Source: a virus
Taxonomy: Duplodnaviria; Heunggongvirae; Uroviricota; Caudoviricetes
Direction: 5' to 3' (one strand)
DNA length: 7,007 nucleotides
IMG/VR virus record: IMGVR_UViG_2529292874_000015
Shown: one piece after another, positions 1 to 6,401 of the stretch
Numbering within the stretch: position 1 is the stretch's first letter
Layout of the letters: each line of letters begins with the position of its first letter
Position numbers and translations under genes: made by a program
The notes under the pieces: model-generated
What the model was told of the DNA's origin: nothing
Databases searched by the model: none
What the model saw: only the letters and a program-made list of their open reading frames with translations

Positions 1-183
1 ATAATCACGACCATCACGCGGAACAGGAATATGGCTTACCGCCTCCTTCACCATCTGTTCAAGCATCGGACGCACATCATCGGGGGTAATACTTTTGCCG
101 TCCGCCGGTACCGGAATATTCGCAACCGCATCATTCACCGCCTGCTGCAGTACATCCGGATCATAATCACGACCATCACGCGG
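1..183. repeat. Coding tandem repeat: 21-bp perfect direct repeat (1..21 and 163..183) marking a 162-bp periodic repeat
   Basis: ataatcacgaccatcacgcgg occurs at 1..21 and 163..183; ggtaccggaat recurs at 108..118 and 182..192; corresponds to the IPVP(R/A)DG protein repeats of the minus-strand ORF. Confidence 0.7.
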
Positions 184-408
184 TACCGGAATGGCCCCCA
201 CAGCATCATCCACCATCGCCTGCAGAACCGGACGCACCTCATCCACCGTCACATGCTTCTGTAATACCACAGACAGGGAAGCCAGTTTCTCTTCAAACGC
301 TTGTGCCTGCGAGGCCATCTTCCCCTCAAATGTGCGCTGTAAATCCGCCAGCACTGCGGAAAATTCTTCACCCAGCGCACGGATAATGGACAGTTCACGT
401 TCATTCAT
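1..408 (-). CDS. Partial ORF (start at 408, 3' end beyond the left edge): tandem-repeat protein of unknown function, translationally coupled to the portal gene
   Basis: Minus-strand frame is open for all 136 codons from ATG 408..406 to position 1 (my own translation: MNERELSIIRALGEEFSAVLADLQRTFEGKMASQAQAFEEKLASLSVVLQKHVTVDEVRPVLQAMVDDAVGAIPVPRDGRDYDPDVLQQAVNDAVANIPVPADGKSITPDDVRPMLEQMVKEAVSHIPVPRDGRDY...). ATG overlaps the TGA (407..405) of the upstream portal frame as ATGA; purine-rich AGGGGGA about 10 nt upstream. Absent from the supplied ORF track, probably because it has no stop codon inside the window. Confidence 0.6.
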   Translation of the reverse strand, partial: MNERELSIIRALGEEFSAVLADLQRTFEGKMASQAQAFEEKLASLSVVLQKHVTVDEVRPVLQAMVDDAVGAIPVPRDGRDYDPDVLQQAVNDAVANIPVPADGKSITPDDVRPMLEQMVKEAVSHIPVPRDGRDY

Positions 409-845
409 TTTTTCAGAATCCCCCTGAACATCGCCTTCACCGCATCATGCTCTGTTTCAGTGATTGCCTTATTACCGTCAGATGCGCCGTCAGGCGGTTG
501 CGCTAAGGCCGTTTTCCCGGTCGACGCGAACGGATCTTCACGGGCATCACGACGGGACAGCGCCTCCAGACTGTAGTTCTGCTGCTGAAGATACAGTGCA
601 TCACCGCCGGCAAGGGGCGGCAGGTTCTCACGTTTACGGGCCTCATTGGGCGTGAGAAGCGTATTTTTCACCGACTCACCCAGCGTTTTCATGCGCCGTT
701 CGCTGTCCATTCTCAGCAGCGTGGTGACGTCAAACTCCGTGCTCTCGTTTTCCCCCGTTTCCAGCGCCTCATCCAGTAACAGCTCAATGGACTCAATCAG
801 CGTCTGCAGACACTGGGAATAATACTGCTGCTCCAGCGCCTCCAC
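405..845 (-). CDS. Portal protein, C-terminal segment (separate frame from the main portal ORF; frameshifted gene or assembly indel)
   Basis: 146-codon ORF (GTG at 845..843); the frame is actually open from 914. Sequence (N)VEALEQQYYSQCLQTLIESIELLLDEAL... continues the portal family C-terminal region that follows the conserved FRVP.Y.IG block found in the 797..1936 frame; acidic low-complexity tail; stop is ATGA-coupled to the next gene. Confidence 0.6.
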   Translation of the reverse strand: MEALEQQYYSQCLQTLIESIELLLDEALETGENESTEFDVTTLLRMDSERRMKTLGESVKNTLLTPNEARKRENLPPLAGGDALYLQQQNYSLEALSRRDAREDPFASTGKTALAQPPDGASDGNKAITETEHDAVKAMFRGILKK

Positions 846-1936
846 GTTGTCACTGGAAGGCGGTGGCCAACGCCAATCTTGTAGGCCGGGACACGGAACA
901 CCGAACAGACAATTTCAGCGGTCATCTTCAGTTGTTCCACCGTCTGCGCATCCACCGGTGAAAACGTCGTGGGGTTGTATTTTGCCCCGTTGCTCAGAAT
1001 GGCCGTTTTCCCCGCATTTTCGCCGGTATACCCGCTGTCCCAGTTGCTCTTCAGTTTTTTCGCATTTTCTTCCGTAATACTGCCGGGGATCTCAATCACC
1101 CCGGACGGCCTGCCGCCATTTCTGAAAAAAGACGTCGAATTTTCCTGAATATGATGCCCCTGCGTGGCCGCCAGCCCGGCGGCATACACCGGCGGCAGCC
1201 CCACAAGCGGATGAAAAAAACAGTTAAACCGGTCGTGGATCACTTCCCTGGCAGGCACCGTCACCGCCTCCGTGATCCCGCAGTTCCGGTCCGGTGTAAT
1301 GCGATAGAACACCTCGCCGTCATCCGCCACCAGAGGTTCAACCCGGCTCCAGTCCAGAATACGCAGTTCTTTGATCTGCCCCCGGGAGTTACGGATTTTC
1401 AGCACCACCGTATTGCCGTGACGCAGTTTGGAATTCAGCCACAGTTCAAAAAACTGGATGCGATTCTGCTGTGCATTAGGACGACGACAGAGACGGGCAG
1501 TATCTCCCTGCCGCTTTTCCCGGCGTATTCCCTGTACATCAGTCTGCATCAGGCGAAGCCGCATTTTGGCAATATCCTGGGATATCAGCGAAATGCATGA
1601 AAACACCGCGTGAAAGGACAAAACGGTTTCCGGATCGGCTTTCACACCCTGCTGCCAGGCACCGGCAAAAGGCTCAGCCACCGCCTGAAACAGGGACCGC
1701 CAGCCCACTTCTCTTACGTCACGTCCTGATTTCTGGTTTTTTCGGGTTCGCCGCAAAAAGGTTCCACATTCGCCATGCTCCGCATCATGTTTCTTTTTCT
1801 GACCCGCCGGACGTCGCGCTGTGATGTACTCCGCCTTCCTCAGGCGAACCAGCACCTCCGCACACGGCTGTGCGACATCACGGATATCCCCGGCCCGGGC
1901 ATCATGCGTGCCCTGCAGATATCGGATCTTTGCCAT
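797..1936 (-). CDS. Phage portal protein, HK97 family (main body; native C-terminus continues in frame of 405..845)
   Basis: 379-codon ORF, ATG 1936..1934. Core blocks LSFHAVFSCISLISQDIAKMRL, FFRNGGRPSGVIEIPGSITEENAKKLKSNW and EQLKMTAEIVCSVFRVPAYKIGVG match the conserved portal (Phage_portal-type) motifs as I recall them. The last ~22 residues (HRLPVTTWRRWSSS...) look non-native and the first ~60 residues are compositionally atypical. Confidence 0.8.
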   Translation of the reverse strand: MAKIRYLQGTHDARAGDIRDVAQPCAEVLVRLRKAEYITARRPAGQKKKHDAEHGECGTFLRRTRKNQKSGRDVREVGWRSLFQAVAEPFAGAWQQGVKADPETVLSFHAVFSCISLISQDIAKMRLRLMQTDVQGIRREKRQGDTARLCRRPNAQQNRIQFFELWLNSKLRHGNTVVLKIRNSRGQIKELRILDWSRVEPLVADDGEVFYRITPDRNCGITEAVTVPAREVIHDRFNCFFHPLVGLPPVYAAGLAATQGHHIQENSTSFFRNGGRPSGVIEIPGSITEENAKKLKSNWDSGYTGENAGKTAILSNGAKYNPTTFSPVDAQTVEQLKMTAEIVCSVFRVPAYKIGVGHRLPVTTWRRWSSSIIPSVCRR

Positions 1937-1946
1937 AACCTGTTAC

Positions 1947-1964
1947 GGGAGGCGCACGCCTCCC
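1947..1964 (-). other. Perfect 18-nt GC-rich palindrome (RNA hairpin) between Shine-Dalgarno and portal start codon
   Basis: gggaggcgcacgcctccc (8-bp stem, 2-nt centre) lies between AAGGAGGA (1973..1966) and ATG (1936..1934); no U-tract follows. Confidence 0.4.
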
Positions 1965-1980
1965 GTCCTCCTTATCAGAC

Positions 1981-3663
1981 TCAGCCGCCGGACGCACTGC
2001 CGTAGTTCACTCCGGTGATCACCGCCACCGCCGCGGTACGGCGACGACGCCAGTTGATCCAGCGCTCCGCACGGATGGCCACACTGCCTGTCTGGAACAT
2101 GGAAACCAGCTCCACCGGCGACGGCGTGGTACTGTCGCCGCCCGGCTCAGACTGCATTTCCAGTGATGCCTCGCGGGACATATCCACTGCCACGCCGCCG
2201 TCATCCGCCAGATAAATATCCGGGGCATTCACCAGCACCAGCTGGTCACCCACGTACTGGGAGACAATCACCGGCAGCCCCTGGAAGGTCCCGCCCAGCA
2301 GGGTCATGTCCGGATATTCCTTCTGACCCAGCGCATTTTTACGCATGGACAGCGCCAGGGCATTCGTGCTGGACATCAGCCAGACCGCACCGGTGGGCTG
2401 CAGATTTGCCGTCACAAACTGGCCAAACGCGGCCTCGGCATCCGCATCCGGATTACCGCTTGACGCCGTGCCCTTCACATCATGGGTGATGGACGCCGGG
2501 GAGACATCCGCCACCGCCGCTTTTTTCGGGTCCACAAAGTCTGTGTCCAGACGCGCCACCACCGCTTCTGCCAGCGCATTACGGACCAGCGCATCAGCTG
2601 CCGGACTGGAAAAACGGATCAGCTCTTCCGTCAGTACCGCAATGGCCGACACCTTCGCATGACTGAAGGTGATGGATTCAAAATCAAACTTCGTCAGGGG
2701 TCTGGCCTTACCCTCCCCCACCCAGCCGGCAGCACCACCGGACACCTGGGCATGCACGCGGATATTGAACGGCACCTGACGAAGTGCAGGGATCCCGCCC
2801 TGACCAAATCGCCCGATAATGGTCTGCGGACGCAGGTAATCAATAAAGTCCTGCGCATATTCCTGGTATTCAGACAGGCTGCCTGCCCACTGCGGGTCCG
2901 TGGTGGTCCCTGCCCCCACCGCCGATTTCAGGACATGATGCAGACGGCTGTCATCCGGATACTGACGACGGGCCACTTCCAGGGCTTCAGAGCGGACACC
3001 TTTAGCCGCGGCCAGTGATTTGGCAAAGCGGGCGAAACCAATCCCCTTCTCCAGTTTCTGCTCAACACGGATCACCGGCGCTGAAGCCACCGTGGCCACA
3101 TTCCCGTTACCGGCCTGTTTCACCGGCTGTGCCGTGGCGGCCTTACTGGTTTCCAGTTCACGCAGACGCTTCAGGTGCGCATCCACCTGACGGATTTCCG
3201 CTGCGGTGTTGTCGTAATGCTCTTCCTCCTCCACATCCAGCGTGCGCCCTTCCTCTGCGGCTTTGGTCATGACCTCCTCAAGGGAGGCTGCCAGTGCTGC
3301 ACGCTTGTTTTCAAAACTTTTAATCTGTTCGCCAATATTCATTATGGTCTTTTCCTTATGAAAAACGGTTGTTGACTGTGCCGCAGCGCCGGCAGAAGAT
3401 GCGATTTTCACCACCGGTTTCCGGTTGCCGGACGCGGCAGAAAACGGGCGGTCGTAAGATTTAATGGTCCGGATGGTGCATTCCGCATTCGCGGGCACGG
3501 TGACGGCAGACACCTCCATCAGCTCCCAGCGCAGAAAATGCAGTCCGCCTCCGTCCAGAAAGGTGTATTCATGAGGACGGAAGCCCACGGACAGCCCCCT
3601 GACCAGCCCGGTCTTAATGGCCGCCCAGGCCTCATCCAGCCGGGCAGCCAGTTGCGATGGCAT
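1981..3663 (-). CDS. Prohead protease (C-terminal half) + scaffold-like delta region + HK97-fold major capsid protein in one reading frame
   Basis: 560-codon ORF. Residues 1-60 (…IKTGLVRGLSVGFRP…LMEVSAVTVPANAEC) resemble the Ser-motif half of HK97-type prohead proteases; residues ~108-200 are a charged coiled-coil-like region (MNIGEQIKSFENKRAALAASLEEVMTKAAEEGRTLDVEEEEH…RLRELE) typical of capsid delta/scaffold domains; the remainder is capsid-like (…ITFSHAKVSAIAVLTEELIRFSSPAADALVRNALAEAVVARLDTDFVDP… and C-terminal …VSMFQTGSVAIRAERW…). Internal AAGGA (3357..3353) + ATG (3342..3340) could also start a stand-alone capsid protein. Confidence 0.85.
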   Translation of the reverse strand: MPSQLAARLDEAWAAIKTGLVRGLSVGFRPHEYTFLDGGGLHFLRWELMEVSAVTVPANAECTIRTIKSYDRPFSAASGNRKPVVKIASSAGAAAQSTTVFHKEKTIMNIGEQIKSFENKRAALAASLEEVMTKAAEEGRTLDVEEEEHYDNTAAEIRQVDAHLKRLRELETSKAATAQPVKQAGNGNVATVASAPVIRVEQKLEKGIGFARFAKSLAAAKGVRSEALEVARRQYPDDSRLHHVLKSAVGAGTTTDPQWAGSLSEYQEYAQDFIDYLRPQTIIGRFGQGGIPALRQVPFNIRVHAQVSGGAAGWVGEGKARPLTKFDFESITFSHAKVSAIAVLTEELIRFSSPAADALVRNALAEAVVARLDTDFVDPKKAAVADVSPASITHDVKGTASSGNPDADAEAAFGQFVTANLQPTGAVWLMSSTNALALSMRKNALGQKEYPDMTLLGGTFQGLPVIVSQYVGDQLVLVNAPDIYLADDGGVAVDMSREASLEMQSEPGGDSTTPSPVELVSMFQTGSVAIRAERWINWRRRRTAAVAVITGVNYGSASGG

Positions 3664-3919
3664 ATCCGGCTACGGGCTTCACCAGTGTTGCCGTGATTTC
3701 CAGCCCTTCGCTGACCCGGCGCACCGTACACTGGCCCCACAGGGCGGGAATGGTCATGCTGCCAGAGAAACGGGATCGCACTGCCAAACTCCGCCCCTCC
3801 GGCTCCAGGATGTCACCATCCCGATCCGGAGAAGGCGTTGACGCAATCCCGGTGATCACCCGTTCATCCTCGCTGAAGGATTTCACCGTCAGCAGGGAAC
3901 AGGCCCGTTTAAGAGTCAC
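3632..3919 (-). CDS. Prohead protease, N-terminal segment (frame-disrupted relative to the downstream protease/capsid ORF)
   Basis: 95-codon ORF starting GTG 3919..3917 with AGGAGG 5 nt upstream; N-terminus …FSEDERVITGIASTPSPDRDGDILEPEG is protease-like, but the frame then lacks the catalytic His block, which is encoded in the adjacent frame (LWQHD at 3767..3753). See findings. Confidence 0.65.
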   Translation of the reverse strand: MTLKRACSLLTVKSFSEDERVITGIASTPSPDRDGDILEPEGRSLAVRSRFSGSMTIPALWGQCTVRRVSEGLEITATLVKPVAGYAIATGCPAG

Positions 3920-3931
3920 ATCAGCCTCCTG

Positions 3932-3957
3932 AAAATAAAAAAACCGCCGCAGCGGTT
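3932..3957 (-). terminator. Possible weak intrinsic terminator/attenuator between terL and the protease gene
   Basis: On the minus strand, 25 nt after the terL stop: AACCGC-UGCG-GCGGUU (6-bp stem, 3957..3942) followed by UUUUUAUUUU (3941..3932), then AGGAGG and the GTG start of the protease gene. Confidence 0.35.
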
Positions 3958-3982
3958 CATGATGGTTACAGGGTGAACAGGG

Positions 3983-5662
3983 TTATATGAAAAAAACCGC
4001 ATATTCTTTCTTTTTCGGCTCCGGATTCAGGGACATCAGGGATACCGCATTGAAGAGCGCCATCAGCGGGTCAATTTTCCCCCGTCCGCTGGCCTGTTTG
4101 GTAATAAGGATAGCGTTACCTTTAGGCTCCACCCGGGCATTGCCAACGCACCAGGCCATCAGTGGCTGACCACCATGCACCAGTACTCCCTCAGCCAGTT
4201 TGCGCTCGGTGGTTTTTATGGCCCCGCCCAGCTTCCAGCCCTGGCTTATCCCCACAACAATTCCGTCGGGGATCCCGGCTTCCGCCAGTGAATCCAGAAT
4301 CTGCCCCACACCTGACGGGTCAATACCGATATGCTCCAGTAACTCAGCCTCATGAATACGACGCACATACTCCGCCACTTCCGCCGTGTCATCCCCGACC
4401 CGACGGACAATCGTCATGTCTCCACAGGCCACAAAATCCTGAAAACGGGATGCCTCACTCTTCCGTCTGACCACCGCGGTTTCATGCGCCCAGGCATGGC
4501 CCCAGCCCAGCCATTCGCGGGTTTCCCTGTCACGGCCAATCACGTACATTCCCAGCAGATCATCCAGGCCCCCGCCGTCAATCCCCACCGTCACCACATC
4601 AGCGCGCTGCAGGATATCGTCCAGGCTGACGCGCCTGCCCTGCTGCTCCCAGAAATCCGCACCCGCCCAGCGGTCAGAACGCAGGGCAAGACCAATTTCC
4701 ACATTGGCATGTTTTGACATGAAGCCACGAAATGCTTCCTCACCAGCCTCCCGGGCTTTACGGTACTCCCGGTACAGAAAAGCCTCATCCACCGAATAAC
4801 CGAGATTCGGATTGACCATGGCGAGGTTTTCCATCAGCAGGTGAGCCCCGCTTTCCACCATTTCAGGAGGGTGTTCAAATATCACCGGCAGAAAGTGCGG
4901 ATCATGAATTTTGCCGTCACGGACATCCCGGGCGTACTGCAGTTTCTGTCTGAACACCCCGGCTGGCGGCTCATTCGACTGGGTGGTCGTATACACCACA
5001 AACCCTTCCGGGCGGGAGGCAAGGCCGCCTATGGCTTCACGTAACATGTCCTCCGCCTTGCACTGCTTGCCAAACAGCCACAACTCATCAATCAGCGTAC
5101 CCACGGACTTGATACCGGACACCGTATTCGGATCGGCTGCCACCACCTTCAGGGTGGTGTCCGTCACCCGGTGGGTGATGGTCCGGATATGTGTCTGTAC
5201 CTGGCAGAGGTCATCCAGATCATCGTCCCGTCGTACCATATCCCGGGCAGGGTTGAAGGCGTTAGCCGCCACCTCCACGGTCGGGGCCAGAATCGTGTAA
5301 CCCGCCGCCTGCCGCCAGTTCAGTAACAGTGCAGTCATCATGATCCCCGCGGCCAGCGTGGACTTCGAGTTTTTCTTGGGGATAAGGATAAACACTTCCT
5401 TGATATGGCGAACACCGGTCTGCGCATCGTAGGAGCCAAACAGGGCCGCCACCAGGTCAAACACCCACGGTGCACAGGACTCCCCGAATGTCGGGCTACC
5501 CGGTGCATCCACAATCCGCAGTTGTTTAAAAATCGCCAGGGCATGTGCAGCCTGTCCGGATAAATCGGAGCCGGAATAATCGACAGCCCCTTTTTCAGGC
5601 GCTCTGCCCAGTCCGGGCAGGCCGTGCTCCACACAGGTATCATCCGTTGCCCTCATTATCAT
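3983..5662 (-). CDS. terL: Terminase large subunit (Terminase_1-like)
   Basis: 559-codon ORF, ATG 5662..5660, overlaps the terS stop by 23 nt; Walker-A-like FILIPKKNSKSTLAAGI near the N-terminus; C-terminal nuclease-like half (…VTVGIDGGGLDDL…, …HIGIDPSGVGQ…); position directly after terS. Confidence 0.9.
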   Translation of the reverse strand: MIMRATDDTCVEHGLPGLGRAPEKGAVDYSGSDLSGQAAHALAIFKQLRIVDAPGSPTFGESCAPWVFDLVAALFGSYDAQTGVRHIKEVFILIPKKNSKSTLAAGIMMTALLLNWRQAAGYTILAPTVEVAANAFNPARDMVRRDDDLDDLCQVQTHIRTITHRVTDTTLKVVAADPNTVSGIKSVGTLIDELWLFGKQCKAEDMLREAIGGLASRPEGFVVYTTTQSNEPPAGVFRQKLQYARDVRDGKIHDPHFLPVIFEHPPEMVESGAHLLMENLAMVNPNLGYSVDEAFLYREYRKAREAGEEAFRGFMSKHANVEIGLALRSDRWAGADFWEQQGRRVSLDDILQRADVVTVGIDGGGLDDLLGMYVIGRDRETREWLGWGHAWAHETAVVRRKSEASRFQDFVACGDMTIVRRVGDDTAEVAEYVRRIHEAELLEHIGIDPSGVGQILDSLAEAGIPDGIVVGISQGWKLGGAIKTTERKLAEGVLVHGGQPLMAWCVGNARVEPKGNAILITKQASGRGKIDPLMALFNAVSLMSLNPEPKKKEYAVFFI

Positions 5663-6203
5663 TATTCACCACCAGGCGGGGTGGTGGTGGCACCGCAAAA
5701 CGGTTAGCCGCTTTTTTCGCCGCGTCACCTTTTGCCGATTTTTTACCGGCATCCCCTTTTTTGTGGTGCGTGAACTGCGCCAGCTTATAAGCCGCATCCA
5801 GCGCCAGCCTGGGGTCGGTATTAATGTTCTCCACCAGAAGACGCCCCATCGCTTTCACCGGATCGGGAAGACCGTCCTCCATATACTCAATACCAGGAGA
5901 TATCACCACGGGCGGTGGCATCTCCGGATTTGTTTCGTCCGGCTGTGGTATTGCAGCCGCCTCACGGCGACGGGGTTTATCCTCCTGCTCTGATTTTTTC
6001 TGCCGGTAAACAGGAACCTCATCCACCTCCACCGTCTCGCACTGTTTACGGGCTATAAACGCAAGCACCTCCGGATCTTTTGCCAGCTGCGAGCCTTTAA
6101 CCCTGGCGGTCTTCGCCGAATAACCGGCGGCAATGGCTGACGCTGTTTTGTTTTTCCCGGACATGAGCGCCAGCGCAAATTTTCGTTTTTGCGTTGTCAG
6201 CAC
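5640..6203 (-). CDS. terS: Terminase small subunit (helix-turn-helix N-terminus, P27/Terminase_2-like)
   Basis: 187-codon ORF, GTG start 6203..6201 preceded by GGAGGAGG; N-terminal LTTQKRKFALALMSGKNKTASAIAAGYSAKTARVKGSQL is the characteristic DNA-binding helix-turn-helix of small terminases; basic/Pro-rich C-terminal tail; immediately upstream of and overlapping terL. Confidence 0.8.
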   Translation of the reverse strand: MLTTQKRKFALALMSGKNKTASAIAAGYSAKTARVKGSQLAKDPEVLAFIARKQCETVEVDEVPVYRQKKSEQEDKPRRREAAAIPQPDETNPEMPPPVVISPGIEYMEDGLPDPVKAMGRLLVENINTDPRLALDAAYKLAQFTHHKKGDAGKKSAKGDAAKKAANRFAVPPPPRLVVNNDNEGNG

Positions 6204-6273
6204 AGCCTCCTCCCGGGTCCAGAACGCACTCAGCCGGGTATGGTTCAGCCCATTTTTCCCGGCGTCTCATGCC

Positions 6274-6401
6274 GCAAATGTTAACTGCTGCCTGGTTAAC
6301 ATTTGCTGAAAAAGCCAGTTAACATTTTTTCCGCACAACAAACTGAATAATAAAGATAAAAACCGCAAAAATGCCCGGACAGCCAGTTAACATGTTAACT
6401 G
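6274..6401. promoter_or_regulatory. Array of GTTAAC-centred palindromic repeats (candidate cosB-like terminase-binding or operator sites)
   Basis: Five GTTAAC hexamers at 6280, 6295, 6318, 6386 and 6394: a 12-bp inverted repeat with 9-bp spacer (GCAAATGTTAAC-N9-GTTAACATTTGC, 6274..6306), a half-site AGCCAGTTAACAT (6313..6325) and a perfect 18-bp palindrome CAGTTAACATGTTAACTG (6384..6401). I found no other GTTAAC in the window by eye. Confidence 0.5.

Noticed and set aside
31-427. Plus-strand ORFs 31..264 and 191..427 (77 and 78 aa) with repetitive peptide sequence
   Set aside because: They are antisense shadows of the minus-strand repeat-protein ORF (1..408), which has a proper ATGA-coupled start; His/Arg/Ile-rich composition, no start context.
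464-1077. Plus-strand ORFs 464..655 and 847..1077
   Set aside because: Lie inside and antisense to the portal frames; Arg/Pro/Ser-rich out-of-frame composition typical of GC-rich antisense reading.
1151-2018. Plus-strand ORFs 1151..1600, 1428..1613, 1597..1824, 1775..2005, 1821..2018
   Set aside because: All antisense to the portal gene or the capsid 3' end; Arg/His/Pro-rich, no recognisable motifs; the minus-strand portal reading has clear family motifs.
2015-3375. ORFs inside the capsid gene in other frames (2015..2215 +, 2019..2228 -, 2163..2489 +, 2345..2662 +, 2482..3018 +, 3015..3272 +, 3175..3375 +)
   Set aside because: Overlap the 560-codon protease/capsid ORF, which has strong family features; these are compositional artefacts of GC-rich DNA.
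3519-3740. 73-codon minus-strand ORF (MGPVYGAPGQRRAGNHG…)
   Set aside because: Not an independent gene: downstream of residue ~3 it is an out-of-frame reading of the protease region. Its upstream in-frame extension (3812..3741) carries the genuine LWQHD protease block, so I used it as evidence for the frameshift finding instead.
3617-3932. Plus-strand ORFs 3617..3841 and 3657..3932
   Set aside because: Antisense to the protease N-terminal region; no start signals; Arg/Ser-rich.
3987-5643. ORFs overlapping terL in other frames (3987..4169 +, 4162..4470 +, 4352..4717 +, 4591..4788 -, 4841..5044 +, 4911..5300 +, 5338..5643 -)
   Set aside because: All nested in the 559-codon terL ORF, which has clear terminase motifs from its N-terminus to its C-terminus; none has a convincing ribosome-binding site or a protein-like sequence.
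5545-6009. Plus-strand ORFs 5545..5790, 5763..5993, 5824..6009
   Set aside because: Antisense to terS; Gly/Arg/Pro-rich; terS has the diagnostic helix-turn-helix N-terminus.
6326-6370. IHF binding site in the AT-rich spacer between repeat groups
   Set aside because: No exact match to the WATCAANNNNTTR consensus on either strand; only noted as an AT-rich, possibly bent tract.
6274-6401. Possibility that the GTTAAC repeats are a CRISPR array or IS-element inverted repeats
   Set aside because: Units are ~10-18 bp palindromes with irregular spacing and no uniform spacers; no transposase ORF flanked by them; the location fits a cos/terminase site instead.
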